From: Schmidtea polychroa
Lineage: Eukaryota
Direction of reading: 5' to 3'
Assembly: GCA_044892525.1 (NCBI GenBank)
Contig: CM097887.1
Location: 8,246,001 to 8,310,000 of the forward strand
Length of the DNA: 64,000 bases
A program made the translations under genes and the position numbers. A model generated the notes under the pieces. That model ran no database searches, was not told where the DNA came from, and was given only the letters and a program-made list of their open reading frames with translations. Shown in pieces: positions 1 through 13,008 of this stretch (within the stretch, counting starts at the first letter, position 1; each line of letters begins with the position of its first letter).

Positions 1-81
1 GTTCGATTTTCGTTTTTGTAGCTGGCTACGACTTTCTTGAGTTCCTATTTCTCTCCATCAATTATGATTGTTTTTTTTTCA

Positions 82-1110
82 CTAAGGTTTCCTTATTTGA
101 GTTTCTCCCTTTTTGTAGTGTATCCGTTTCACAGCTCTTTTTACTCGTATTTCGGTGCTCTTTATCATATTCAATTCTTTCTCAATTTCCACTCTCGCTC
201 TTTGCGTTACCATTGTTTGAATTCCTTCTACTGTGAGAAGATTTGATTCCAATGTCTGCAGTTCGATCCCTTTCTTCTCTGTTGACTCATCAGTTCTTTT
301 ATTGGTTGTTGATAATCTTTCTGTACTCGTCCAGCCAACATATTTTCCTGGCTCTGGTTCGGCACAATTTATGTCGTCTCTCCCTGGCACTCAAAAGCTA
401 AATAAACTCTCTGGATTGCTTCCGTATCTTCTAGAGTTGAATGATTTCCTTGCTGCATTTTTATGCCATAGACTTTTTTCCGCTACCGTTGATAATTTAA
501 ACCATTGTCTCTTTATTGTTACCTTCCTTTTAAACAGCACTTCAACTCTGGCGGGATCACGAATTCTCAATAATTCATTCGGGAATACTCCGCTGAATAC
601 TCTACTGAAATCGTGTCCCACTAGAATTTTTCTAGCTGTCAAACCACGGATTTTCCTCATGCTTTGATACTGGCTTTCTTGGTTCCTGCATATTTTCTGT
701 GCAACGAAATTTTTCAGCCTTATTCTTGGGGTTATCAGGGAGTTATCGGGAGTAAATTGATTTCTTCATCTGTTGACATAACTTATGAAATCTGTTTTGG
801 TTCTTAGTCGACATTCCAGTACCATCCAAGAACTTCCTATGGCCGTCCGCATTTTCTTGTGTCACACCTCTTTTGTGATTCTCCTTGAGGATTTGTTTGG
901 CACTGTCTTATATATCGACCCATCATTTTCTAGCACTTTACTGTTCTCTAGAATATGTGGATTTATCACTGTTCTTTTTTTGATTACCAATTCTGTCAGT
1001 TTTGTGTTTAACTTCCACTTCAACTCAATTAAGCATATTCTCATTTCTTCGTTCCCTATTCTCGCCCAGTTTGGAATTTTCATATTTTCTTCTATTCGAC
1101 TTTCTTTTTC
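82..1110 (-). pseudogene. Decayed coding-like remnant of unknown identity (probably retroelement-derived)
   Basis: ORF-track pieces 862-1083, 391-660 and 82-390 lie in one minus-strand frame, broken only by three TGA codons (862-864, ~767-769, 391-393). No recognisable motif. Confidence 0.25.
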
Positions 1111-1512
1111 CCCTATCTAATTCTCATAGTTTTGTGCTTCCATTTGAACTTGCAATAAATGATAACTTTGATGTTTCTGAAATAATAATATTATTATTAA
1201 TACATAAATAAATTACCTGATATTTTACCTCTAATATTTTACTCTGATGCATGAATAAATTGACACCATATATACTACAATAATATTATCAGGCTCTAAA
1301 TAATGACTTATATAGGCCTACCCAATTCCTTTGTATCGCCCATAATTTTATTTAATTTTAATGTATAAAGCTTATAATAATGTAATACTAAAAGTCCTGT
1401 TAATAATACGAAAAATATGCGATTATTATATTCTTATTTAGTCATACTGGTTTGGTCCAATTTGTTTATTCAGTTTTATTTGTTTATTCCTCCAATGGTT
1501 GATGATTTATCA

Positions 1513-1666
1513 NNNNNNNNNNNNNNNNNNNNNNNNNNNNNNNNNNNNNNNNNNNNNNNNNNNNNNNNNNNNNNNNNNNNNNNNNNNNNNNNNNNNNNNN
1601 NNNNNNNNNNNNNNNNNNNNNNNNNNNNNNNNNNNNNNNNNNNNNNNNNNNNNNNNNNNNNNNNNN
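1513..1666. other. Assembly gap (154 N)
   Basis: Run of N characters. Confidence 0.99.
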
Positions 1667-2086
1667 ATATTTTATATTTGTTGTAGATCCTTATATATTT
1701 CGTTTGATTCTAATGATGTTGTTCAAAATGGTTTTTTGATATTGAGGGCTGGTTTGCCAGTCCCTAACTACGAATGATTTGATTCTTAACCCGTCCTCAC
1801 TGGCCAAGATCGCTTGAACATCTATTCGATTGAGTTAATTTAATGGAATGTGGTAATAGTTTTCATTATACTAAATGTTTTCAAGTAACATGGTTTAATA
1901 TTTTTAATGAATAAGTTATTCATATATTTTCTTTTGACCTTAACAGTAACACTACTCGTAATAATCATAGCAATAATTACAAGAACAATAATATCAACAA
2001 GGATGATCTTGTTAATAAATGTAATAATAATAAGACTAGTAATTGCTAATGTTAATGATAGTCATCATAACAATGTCAATAATAAC

Positions 2087-2859
2087 AATTATTTTTCCAA
2101 AATTAGCTCTGCAACAGCAGTCCGAGTTTCCCATGCCCATTCCGTAACTTCATTCTCAAATGCAAGTCACTCCTGGTTGGCGTTCATTTTATTAACTTGT
2201 ATATATAGTTGGCTGTGGGCCCGAAAAATAAGTAATGTAGTATGATTAATTGTCGATGCTCGCACCTGTGTGTGCTTTGTACTGGTTTTGGAGGTTTTTG
2301 TGTGCGCACACAGACGCGGAGAATGGTAAATTATGAAGTTAATTCGCGTCTGTGCGCTTTTTACTTTCTTTGTGTTTGGGTTGTGTGCGCACACAGGCGC
2401 GTAAAATTGTCGCATTATTAGTTAATCTCGCGTCTGTGCGCTTTTTGCTTTGTTGAGTTGGATTGTGTGCGCACGCAGACGCGGAAAAGTGAGAAGATTA
2501 TGTTTTGTTGGATCGATCTCAGAATTCTGGATAGTATCGAGTTTTGGATGTTTTCGAATTGTGAGTTGTTTTCAAATGGTTTTTAAATTCCTGTCCTGTT
2601 GGGAAAATATATAAGGTGATGAGGTTGAAAAGATGTTTCACCTGCACAAGTACCGTCACGGAGAGCCATTAAAGTTATCAGGATTATTATTTTTCCAAAT
2701 TATTTTTCCAAAATTAGCTCTGCAACAGCAGTCCGAGTTTCCCATGCCCATGTCCTGATTCCGTAACTTCATTCTCAAATGCAAGTCACTCTGGTTGGCG
2801 TTCATTTTATTAACTTGTATATATAGTTGGCTGTGGGCCCGAAAAATAAGTAATGTAGT
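2087..2859 (+). repeat. ~155-bp direct duplication (2087-2241 and 2698-2859) bracketing an inserted repeat
   Basis: Near-identical copies of aattatttttccaaaattagctctgcaacagc...gaaaaataagtaatgtagt; the second copy has a small insertion (gtcctgat) and a 1-bp deletion. Confidence 0.9.
2250..2590 (+). repeat. Dispersed repeat with paired CGCGTCTGTG(TG)CGC / GCGCACACAGACGCG inverted motifs (possible BEL/Pao LTR family), copy 1
   Basis: About 2.5 hairpin units followed by a T/G-rich tract; homologous to 5945-6290 (reverse strand), 8629-8665 and 39599-39874. Confidence 0.7.
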
Positions 2860-3403
2860 GTTAAAAACAATCTCACTCATTCAAAAAGAAATTGAAACCC
2901 AAAATAACGATTATGCAAAACTCTGTTTACGCCTAAGACACATCAGAAGAATTTCTTTGTAATTAATCGCATCACACCCTTTATTTGTACAAAACCATTG
3001 TTTGTTAAACCATTTATCGTGTCCAATAACTTGAGATTGATCCATGATTGAATTTGAAACATTGGATAATTGTTCAACACTTTGGCTAATAAATATTTGA
3101 ATTGTGTTGATCCTTGTAAGAGCTCGATTAAATAGAGTATCGTATTCATAAGTTAGCAAGTTTATCTTTTTATCGCTAATGTCATAAATGGTTTCAGATA
3201 ATTTACGAATATCTTTAAATTTTTAGGGAAATTTCATAAACATATCTTGGGGTTCTTCTTCTGTCATTTCATGATTTACAGAAATTAAATCGTTGATTTC
3301 TAATCGTTTTGATAAACTTTGAAAAATTGAATTAATGTCAATTAGAAATTTTGAAATATAAACGAATTCATGAAAATCTTGCTTATCTATGACATTTACA
3401 TTA

Positions 3404-5800
3404 CACTAGAGCCTCGAGTTGCGTTGTCCCAACTTGCGTCCTTTCGAGTTGCGCCAAAAAAATTTTCGATACCCTAATTTTGAGTTGCGTTACTAATTTT
3501 CGAAATGCGTCGAAAAAGTTTTAAAATAAAATTTAATCATAAAATTTAAGCATAACGTCTATATTCAAAAATTAAACTTTAAACCGAAACTAGAATGCCA
3601 TGATTTATTTTTAAATGCAGCTTCAAATGAAATAATTTTTTATTGTGTATTTATTAGTATAAAAGTCTAGTTCTTAGTTGTTTGCATAACTGATAACTTA
3701 TAACGTTTAAGTGTTTCTTGCTTTTTTAATAATAATTGTTTTAAATTCTAAAAACTCAATTACAATATATATACATTTCTCAAAGGTATTACATTTTGTT
3801 TATTGTTTTTTATTATTTTTTTGGTTTGTAATTGATTTTTTGAAATATTTTTATTGCCCTATTGTAGAATAGAATTATGAATCGTAAACGATCGTCAGGT
3901 GAAAATGGTAAAAAATCTACGAAAAGAAATAAAAAAGTAATATCTTTGGACGTAAAACATGATATTTTACAACGTTTCCAAGCGGGAGAAAAAGCGGTTT
4001 TCATTGGCAGAGCTCTCGGGCTAGCTCCAACAACAGTAAGAACTATCTGCAATCGCGATGCAAAACAAATCAAAACATTATATGAAGCAGCAACAGATTC
4101 CCAATTAAAAAGTACTGTCATAAATCGAAATGCATTAATAGTTAAAATGGAATCTCTACTTTTAATTTGGATTGAACATCAAACTCAAAAAAGTATGCCG
4201 CTGAGCAAAATGGTTATTCAAGCCAAAGCCAAATCTATTTACGATGATCTGCAAGAAAAACTTCCAATATCGAATAAAGCAATTTATGAACAATTTAACG
4301 CTAGTGGTGGATGGTTTGAGCGTTTTAAATTTCGCGGAAATCTGCACAACATTTGTTTGAAAGGTGAGGCAGCTAGTGCAGATCTCACAGCAGCAAATGA
4401 TTTTAATAAAATATTGAAGACTGTTATACAGGAAAGTGGCTATAGTTCTAAACAGGTGTTTAATATTGATGAAACAGGTTTGTTTTGGAAACGTCTGCCG
4501 AAAAGAACCTATATAGCAAAAACAGAATCTTCTGCACCTGGTTTTAAAGTAAGTAAAGATCGCCTAACTATACTTCTTGGAGGCAATGCCAATGGTGACT
4601 TCAAACTAAAACCATTGTTAGTTTATCAGGCTGAGAATCCTAGAGCTCTAAAAGGTGTTGATAAAAGAAATTTTCCTGTGCATTGGCGATCTAATAAAAA
4701 AGCTTGGGTCACTGTTTCTTTGTTTGTTGATTGGTTGGTCAAATGCGCCATTCCTGAGTTCAAAAACTATTGCAAACGGGAAAATTTAACTTTTAAAATA
4801 TTGGTACTACTGGATAATGCACCAGGACATCCAACATATATAGATGATCTATCAGATAATGTAAAATTTTTATTTATGCCTCCAAACACAACTTCACTTA
4901 TTCAACCAATGGATCAAGGAGTAATCTCAAATTTTAAGTCATACTATATTCGCCGGACATTTAAACAGCTACTGCATGCTGCCGATGCAAATGAAGAAAT
5001 TTCTATGGCTGTATTTTGGAAAAACTACAATGTATTGAAAGCTGTTAAAAATATTGGTGATTCTTGGGCAGAAGTAAAAATCCTCTTGTATGAATGGTGT
5101 ATGGCAAAAAATATGGCCAGAATGTACAGCAACTTTTACGGAAGTTGACGATGTGCCATTAGTTCGGGCAGAAATAGTTAACTTAGCCCAAGAAGCTCAT
5201 TTCGAAGGATTGGACGAGGCCGATTTCGATGAAATTTTAGATGTAGAAGAAGATTTTGATATTAGTACCGCAGATTTAATTTAAATGGCTCAAAATATTT
5301 ATGAGAATGACGACAATTCCGTAGAAGTACCAGAAGTAAAACAATTAACAACAAAGGGTATGGGGAAAGCAATTAAATTAATATCTGAGGCATTAGAAAT
5401 ATTTGTTGCAGAAGATCCAGATACTGATCAAAGTACAGAGGTTACTCAAGCTGTAGAGGCCTCCATCAGCTGTTATAAAAAAATTTATTTGGATAAAAAA
5501 CAAAAGGCAGTTCAAATAACTATGAATAATTTTATAATAAAACAACCAAAAGAAAAGCAAACGCCAAGTCCTGAACCAACGTATGAATAAGAATCTGAAT
5601 AAATTCTATAAATTTATGTTGCTTCATTATTTACATTATTTTAAAATTCTATTAATGTTTGCATGGATTTCAGATTTTATCGGAACCTATTATATAAAAA
5701 CAAATACAAATGTATACAAAATTAAAATTCGAATTGCGTTGTTTCGAGATGCGTCGCGATTTATTGGAACGCATTAACGACGCAACTCGAGGCTCTAGTG
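3404..5800 (+). mobile_element. Tigger/pogo-family DNA transposon, full length (2397 bp)
   Basis: 21-bp perfect TIR cactagagcctcgagttgcgt; TA target-site duplication at 3402-3403 and 5801-5802; repeated gagttgcg subterminal motifs. Confidence 0.95.
3877..5590 (+). pseudogene. Tigger transposase (HTH/CENP-B + DDE_1, DD32D), one frameshift and one premature stop
   Basis: Motifs FNASGGWFERFK, FNIDETGLFWK, LLDNAPGHP, IQPMDQGVISNFK. A +1 frameshift lies in the A5 run at ~5066-5070 (restores EVKSSCMNGVWQKIWPEC) and an in-frame TAA at 5282-5284. Confidence 0.93.
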
Positions 5801-5944
5801 TACTTCCATTAATAATTTGCAACGATCTTGTTGAGCCACGATCACATGGACGAGTTTCACTGCTGAAAAAACATCTCTTCGCTATATTGCTCATTGAAAT
5901 ACGACATATCAAACATTCATTCTCTTCCATATTTAACTAAGGCC

Positions 5945-6290
5945 GAAAATTCAAAAACAACCCGAATTACCAAAATTATAAATCAATTTTAAAAAACTTC
6001 CAGAATTCGAATCATATTTCCAAAATCGATAGAACAACTCCAAATCACAAAAACTCAAATAATAAAATTCACAATTGTCCGCGTCTGTGTGCGCACACAA
6101 ATCAATCCAAAAAAGTAAAAAGCGCACACAGACGCGAGAACACTCAATTAATCATCACAAAAAAATGACACTGATCGCGTCTGTGTGCGCATACAAACAC
6201 AAACCACATCTCATAATACCAAGCGCACACAGACGCGAATTAACCTCATAATTCACCACTCTATATTCTCATAATACCACAATAATAAAT
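5945..6290 (-). repeat. CGCGTCTGTG hairpin-motif repeat, copy 2 (inverted relative to copy 1)
   Basis: Two hairpin units; its reverse complement aligns by eye with 2313-2590 (ttatgaggttaattcgcgtctgtg vs ttatgaagttaattcgcgtctgtg). Confidence 0.7.
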
Positions 6291-8591
6291 ACAAATTATG
6301 AAGTGATACAGATAAATAAAAGTTACCCATACTTGTTAATTTTCTGCCAAGTGTTGGCATAAAATCATGTGTTTTTTCACCGAAATGCATCGGTATATAT
6401 ATCCTAATTTTGGTTTGCGAGTATGTGTGCTTGCATTGATTCAGTAAAATAAATTTGAATTATTTTAATTATCCTTAATATTGGAGTTCAATTTTATCAA
6501 TTTTGATGGCAATTTTTCGTAAATTATTATTTATTTTATTTTCTAATTTTTATATTTCATTTATTTTTAATTAATTTCGGCGCCATGATGGATATGGGCG
6601 TTTCTAGAATATTCTATGTTGTTTTAGGGATTTTAATATATAATTATTTTGCTTTTTGTTAATTTAGTCATTAAATTTCAATTTTTTTTAGTTAACTTAG
6701 CTAAGTTACTTGGCGGCGATGATGGATTTCGCCATTTTTACGGAATATTCTAGTTTTCTATTTATTTCTATCGTAATTTTTATCTCTAATTCATTTTTTG
6801 CTGTTGTTTTTGTGGAAATTTTTCTAATTTCTATTCCTATCTTTCCTTATCGACATTAGTTCAAATTTGCTTACTTTTGTCATGTATTTTTGTCGCGTTT
6901 GAATTAATTTCATGCGATACTTCTTGCATTTGTTTCATATTAGTTTTATTGTTGGGTTTATTATTTTGGTGTTAAGTGAATTTCATTTAACAGTTTAGTT
7001 GATGTTTGGACGGGTTTGAATTTGACTGGACTTGATTTGCATAATTGTTTCCATGATTTGCATCAATGGAATGCTTAGATAATCGACAAATTGAATTGTG
7101 ATAGAATTCAGCTGCTTAATTGTTTTGTTTTGGGCAAATTTTGGTTGCTGACTAATTCAATAATTTAATTGCTAAAATATCACGGAGGAAAATCAGTATA
7201 ATATGAAACGACACTGTTAGTCAAGTGCCAGTTTGGTGGATGAGTAAACAATTCACAATGAGATGCATGCGAAGGAGAATAAAAAAATAGTTGAAAATTG
7301 AACAAAAAATCAAAGAGTAAGGAAGGAAAAGTCATATTCAAAATCCAGAAAATGTCGTTTCCAACTGAGTTGTGTACTTATCTTATTACCTTATAAATTC
7401 TATAGAAAAATGCAGATCAAATAAAAGTGTAATTGACAATATTGTAGCGAAATTTATTGACGTTTAATAAAGTATTGTGTTGGGTCTTATTTTAATAATT
7501 AAAAACAAATAGCACCAGTGAGTAAAAATCAGTCTTTTCTAAGAGTATTTGTTTTTACATTCTATTAATTAAATTTTTACAGTTTTTAACCAAATTCTCA
7601 TTGAGCATCTCGCGCAAACTATCAAATAAATATTTTCATAACTTTCATTTATAATTTTATCATTGGAAATTTGAACTGAATTTAAGACAATTATTCGTTA
7701 AAATTATGAAAATTTATTTAATTTTCGGTGATTATATTGATAATTTTTACAGGTTATTGATTAGTAATTTGGATTTTTTAAATATAATATTAAGGCTGTA
7801 TTTTAATTTATTTTTTATTATTAATTGATTAATATTTTGTTACTATCAATCTAATTTGTCACTAGTCAATTAATAATTAATAATTGATAATTTCGATTTA
7901 TTTTAATAGATTTCACTTGATTAGGTTGATTAATTTGATAGTATTACCGCCGTCGGTTTTTGGCTGGCAAATTGATTTTGATCATTGTATTTACCCATTT
8001 TACGAGTCTCTCGTAGGAAATGTTTCCATCTCAATGAGGTTACACTTGTCAGCAAGTAATTTCACCCCACGAATAAATTCAATAAGAATAAGAATCAATA
8101 AGTATGATTAATTAAAATATTTCAACAAAATATGACAATATGGAATCGTTCTGATGTAAATCTGTAGAATTTTGTTGGAATTTATTTGTGAAAAATTTTA
8201 TTTTATAGATCCAAGAGTAAAAATTGTTCATCGTAAGCAAGCAGATACATTTCAACAGAATTTATTCATACGTAGATCCAATTCAAGTTGATATTGAAAT
8301 AAGCAAATTATTGATATTAATAACAATAATTTTTGGAAAAGCAATTTCGTTTCAAATAATCAATAATTGCTATTATATCAGCACATTTATATTGGCATTT
8401 CACTTGTTAGTCATAAAGTTTGTTTAAGAGAAATATAGACTCGTGAGATTTTGTTCTAAAATATATACATAGATTGGCGTGTTACCGAATACAAATATAT
8501 TTGTTTATTTTATTAAAAAAGTTGTTGGAAATCATTGACTGTTATTTATAACATATAAAAGATCAGTAGTTACACAAAATATCTATAACAT

Positions 8592-9148
8592 AATACATAG
8601 TAAATATAAAACATGATGTCAATACAACTCGCACACAGACGCGCATTGAGCTCATAATTTACCAATTATAATTAAATGTTAAAAATAAATTTTATTAATT
8701 CGTAATTTTGAACAAAGGTTTTAGAACCTCTAAATGATTATAATAAAAAAGGACTTCCATCTTGTAGTATTATATGAAATAGTTAATAATCTTAAATTGT
8801 TATTATAGCATCATAATCATAACACAATCTTATTTGAAATTCCAAGATTAATAACAAAATAGTTAAAAATTAAAACCCATCACTGAGAATTAATACATAG
8901 TAAATATAAAACATGATGTCATAATTTTAATTCAGTGTTAAAAATAAATTTTATTAATTCGTAATTTGAAATTTTGAACAAAGGTTTTAGAACCTCTAAA
9001 TGGTTATATTAATAAAGAACTTTCATCTTGTAGTAGTAAATGAAAATAGTTAATAATCTTCAATCGTTATTTTAGCATCATAATTATAGCACAATCTTAC
9101 CAGAAATTCCAAGATTAATCATCAACTAATTAAAAATTAAAACCCATG
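8592..9148 (+). repeat. Diverged tandem duplication of ~270-290 bp
   Basis: aatacatagtaaatataaaacatgatgtca...ttaaaaattaaaacccat occurs twice (from ~8592 and ~8892); copy 1 contains a cgcacacagacgcg fragment. Confidence 0.85.
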
Positions 9149-10749
9149 ACTAAACATAAAGATATTTGGATAATGAACCATTATTTGCAATGAACTAGCT
9201 AAACAAAAGATATTAAACAATAAAGATTGATTATTTTTTGTATACTTAAAATTTTTGACTTTTAAAAACTGTATTTATATGAATTATTTTATTAAATAAT
9301 TTATTAAAGTATATAAAATTAATAATATTGAGAATAAATAATAACCAAACAAAATTCTAAAAATGATAAAATTAGTTTTAATTTAGAAATACAAAATATT
9401 CAATAAAAGTTTTATGATGATAATAATGTTTAATAATGAAAGTTTTTATGATAAAACGAAATTGTCGTTGACCTGTCCTCTGTTATCTAATTATAACAAT
9501 ACCAGGAATTAAAACACAAGAAAACATAAATTTAATAGGGCTATATAGTAATAAACGCGGGTATACTTTTCTTTTGACAACCCCCAATAAAACTGTTGAT
9601 AATTATAATTTAATTGGTAATTAATTACATAAAAATTAAGATTACTTAGCATATTTTTTAATATTAAATTTTTATATAAATTTTTGTTTAAAATCAATGA
9701 TTACGTCATAATTATAAAATATATTTCTTGGTGGATGAAATCCCATATCAATTCTCAAATGCAGTCAAATTAATCAAGTCTTTGATTTCTTATGTCTTTA
9801 TTATCGATTTCAACTGAATTTGATGTTATCATTGCAGCTAAACAAAGTTTAGGAAATTAAATTCCAACCCTTTAGTTCCCAATACTACCTGAAAGTTAAC
9901 CGTATATATTTTCTTATATAAAGTACGTTTGAATAAATTTTGCTGCCATATCTCTGCTCACGTCTAGATGACCACATAACTGGCAGCTTAAACGCTTTGA
10001 TCTTACTACTTAGTGTTTGATTTACCTAAGACGTCAGCATGTGCTCAAACTGGTTTTTGAATTCTATAAAAGAAAATTTGGACACTAGTGGGTTAAATTC
10101 AGTTTTGGTCCAACACATTTACCGGTAAGGAGACCTTAGTTCAACATATCTTAAGGCATTAAAAATGAGTCCCATTATCAAATTTCTTTGTGTTGCCGGC
10201 TTTGAGTTCATTCAATGTTTTATGTTTTACATTTTCGTTTGATATCATTAGATTTAATTGCAACAAAAATCAAAATATTCATGGCGTAATGAGAATAGCT
10301 CCACTGTAGGTTGTTGATTTAGAACGATAGCCATATACACTATTCAACATTCAGGGCGTCGAAATCTGATTCCTTTAATTCAAATTCATCCGCAGTGATC
10401 AGACCAATTTCTGAAATTGTGAATGTGTATATTGTAATATTATGTGATTATCTTACAAAATGACAAGAAACTTATTTAGTGCAAATGTTGAGGTGACTAT
10501 ATAAGTCTATCTAATATGAAAACAAAATCGGGCTATTATTATATTTATTTCAAAACACAAAATATTTACCAATTACAAATTCCGTTCAAAAATGATTCCA
10601 CTGAAAAATATTGTGCGTGTTATGTACGTGTTATATGTTGTAATAGCGTGTTGTGTTGCTTGTGAAGCTTTGAACGTTTTTGTTTTGTTCCAAATCACGA
10701 GCAGATTGGGACAAGTACCTCCTAGCCCTCGGGGAAAATATTTTTTCAA

Positions 10750-11450
10750 CGTCAAGGTCAAGGTAAAATTTCTTTTAAATATTATTGGTCTAGCGGGCTC
10801 ATACTTTTTGGCAGCCCAAAAGTTAGTGTTACCACCAATGAATTTTATTAACCGATGACTTATTATAAAGCTCAATGTAAGATCTTTCTAATATGTTGTA
10901 GGTATCATTATTATCATTATTAGTTTTAAAGATATTAACAATTGATGACCAACATCTTTTCAAGGTCATATTTTTCAAATATGAATTTAAAGAGTTACGA
11001 CCAATGGATATTATTTAACGATGGTTCATTCGAAAGGTATTTGCGAGGTGAGTTTGATGGATTATGGTTAACCTTCAAATGGTTAAAAACCATAGAATTT
11101 TTCAAACCTTAAAATATCTATATCAAACAAAAAGTATACTCTGAGTTCATCCGACAAGGATGTCAAAACTATTCTACTATTGGGATTTGCACTGGGTATG
11201 ACAAAGCTTGTAATGTTTATATTAATATTATTAATATTATTTTTTTCAAGGTCATTGATGACTCATTCATGGTCATATTATTTTTCAAGGTAAATATATA
11301 GGCCAAGGTCAAATATGTAGGTCAAGGTCCAAATTTTCAAGGTCATATTTTAAAATATGAATTTTACGAGTTATCGCCAATGGACTTTATTGAACGATGA
11401 CTTATTTTAAAGCCCTGTGTAAGACCTTTAAAATGAGATATATATTATTA
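10750..11450. repeat. Non-coding repeat with recurrent CAAGGTCA motifs (unclassified non-autonomous element)
   Basis: Many aaggtca copies and an internal duplication (ttttcaaggtcatatttt..aatatgaattt..gagtta..ccaatgga at ~10957 and ~11335); a related piece lies at 12120-12310. Confidence 0.45.
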
Positions 11451-11668
11451 TTATTTTCTGATGTGTTTTCAGCTGAGAATTAAATATTTCAATGATTTAT
11501 TAAAATAATTTTAAATGATAAATAATTGACTATTTAAAATAACTTTTAAAAACATTTTTAAATTAAACTTTTGAATTGAAATTTTTAAATTTTTTAACTA
11601 AAAAATTAAACAAGCTTTTATTAGTAAATCATTTATAAATAAATATATTTTAAATATCGAAACTTTAA

Positions 11669-11978
11669 CCACTTGCGCTATGATTTAATTTTCGGTAGCT
11701 GAGCCGCGCTCTACTATATAAAGTATCGTAGGGCATCGACGCCTCACCACTTCAGCGAGCTCAGAGGTTTGACCAGTGCTTAGCGCGAGGGTAGGGTCTT
11801 ACATAAAAGATTTACACGAATATAAATAATTATTCACAACAACAATAAATTTTATTAATCAATAATCTACTTTTGTTTTTGTTTTTGCGACAAATACTAT
11901 CGACGTGGTATACACGTCACTTGCAGTTCTGAAAAAAATCATCAAGACGTGCCTGGCACGTCAATATAGCGCAAGTTG
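11669..11978. mobile_element. piggyBac-type MITE (310 bp)
   Basis: TTAA at both ends (11665-11668, 11979-11982); 13-bp TIR c[c/a]acttgcgctat. Confidence 0.8.
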
Positions 11979-12171
11979 TTAATAAATGGTTTTTAAAATA
12001 TTTTATTCAACGCTGAAAATTTGTTTAGAAATTATACAATATTTCATTAAATAAATACTTGGAATTATGACGTTAACTTTTGAACCGGATTTAAAAAATA
12101 ATTTAGAAGATGTGTTAGCAGCTTCTAATATTATCATTATTAGTTTTAAATATATTAAAGCACGCAGGAGA

Positions 12172-12173
<2 letters not shown>

Positions 12174-12246
<73 letters not shown>

Positions 12247-12259
12247 TATCATTATTATT
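12174..12259 (+). repeat. (TTA)n microsatellite, ~28 units
   Basis: Direct inspection. Confidence 0.97.
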
Positions 12260-12349
12260 TAAATCAAATATTATTATTTTACAAAATATTATTTTGAAGG
12301 TCATATTTTCAAAATTAATTTTAGTGAGTTCCCGATCACGTCTAATGCT

Positions 12350-12987
12350 AAAATGCTTGATGAGATTACGTAGAAAGGCCATCATGGCTTCACAGGTTTT
12401 GTTTGAAATGCTCGCAGCTCATCCCAATTGTTTATAATTATGGGTTTTCCCGTTGGTATTTTAATAAATTTTCTTCTAGTCAGCTCAAGTATCTTTCTCT
12501 CTCATGTGTTTTCCCTATTGTTCTAATTGTCGCCTCACTACTCGCACTAGTTGTTAGTGTGGTTCTGATGGTGGTCATTGTGCTTGTGCTTGGGGTTGTC
12601 TTATTTGAGGTACTCATTTCTTGTTCTTTTATTGCTAAGGTTTTGATTCTCTTGCACCTTTCTTGTGATGTATCTTGTAATGTATTCCACTGTGCACATA
12701 AGACATATTCATTATTTAGGTTTAAATTTACAAATTTTACGCTATGTCCTTTTTTCAAATTCATTAGTGGTTCTCTTTTCTTGTTTGTTCATCAATTTAT
12801 ACGTTGTACCGTAGTACATTTCCAAGTACAAATCTCTTATGGGTATTTTATATAGGTTGAATGCATAAATATCATATGGTGAGACGTTTATTAAGATTTC
12901 CTTATCCCCCATAAATTCTGCTAAATATTTTATATCGCTTGAACTAACACATCCGATAATTGTTAAGAATATTGCCGACATCATCAA
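12350..12987 (-). pseudogene. Extra ORF (env-like position) downstream of a Ty3/gypsy integrase, frameshifted
   Basis: Starts ~24 nt after the integrase stop with a hydrophobic signal-like N-terminus (MMSAIFLTIIGCVSS). It continues through two frameshifts and includes a Thr/Ser-rich tract. Confidence 0.5.
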
Positions 12988-13008
12988 TGCGTTTTGAGAC
13001 CGTAAGTT

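Larger units (their letters stand above)
2911..5930 (-). pseudogene. ~206-aa ORF of unknown function interrupted by the Tigger insertion (segments 5930-5801 and 3401-2911)
   Basis: Removing 3404-5800 and one TA joins MEENECLIC...LQIINGS in frame to NVNVIDKQDF...WFCTNKGCDAINYKEILLMCLRRKQSFA*: 621 nt with one internal TAA at 3223-3225. Confidence 0.65.

Noticed and set aside
1417-1777. ORFs spanning X residues
   Set aside because: Artefacts of the N gap.
2250-6290. Inverted repeat pair as TIRs of a single Foldback/Pack-MULE element
   Set aside because: The two copies are substantially diverged with different unit numbers, no TSD was found, and another copy sits in a Pao LTR-like position. They are more likely independent insertions.
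12067-12437. Poly-Tyr, poly-Leu and poly-Asn ORFs
   Set aside because: These are translations of the (TTA)n microsatellite.
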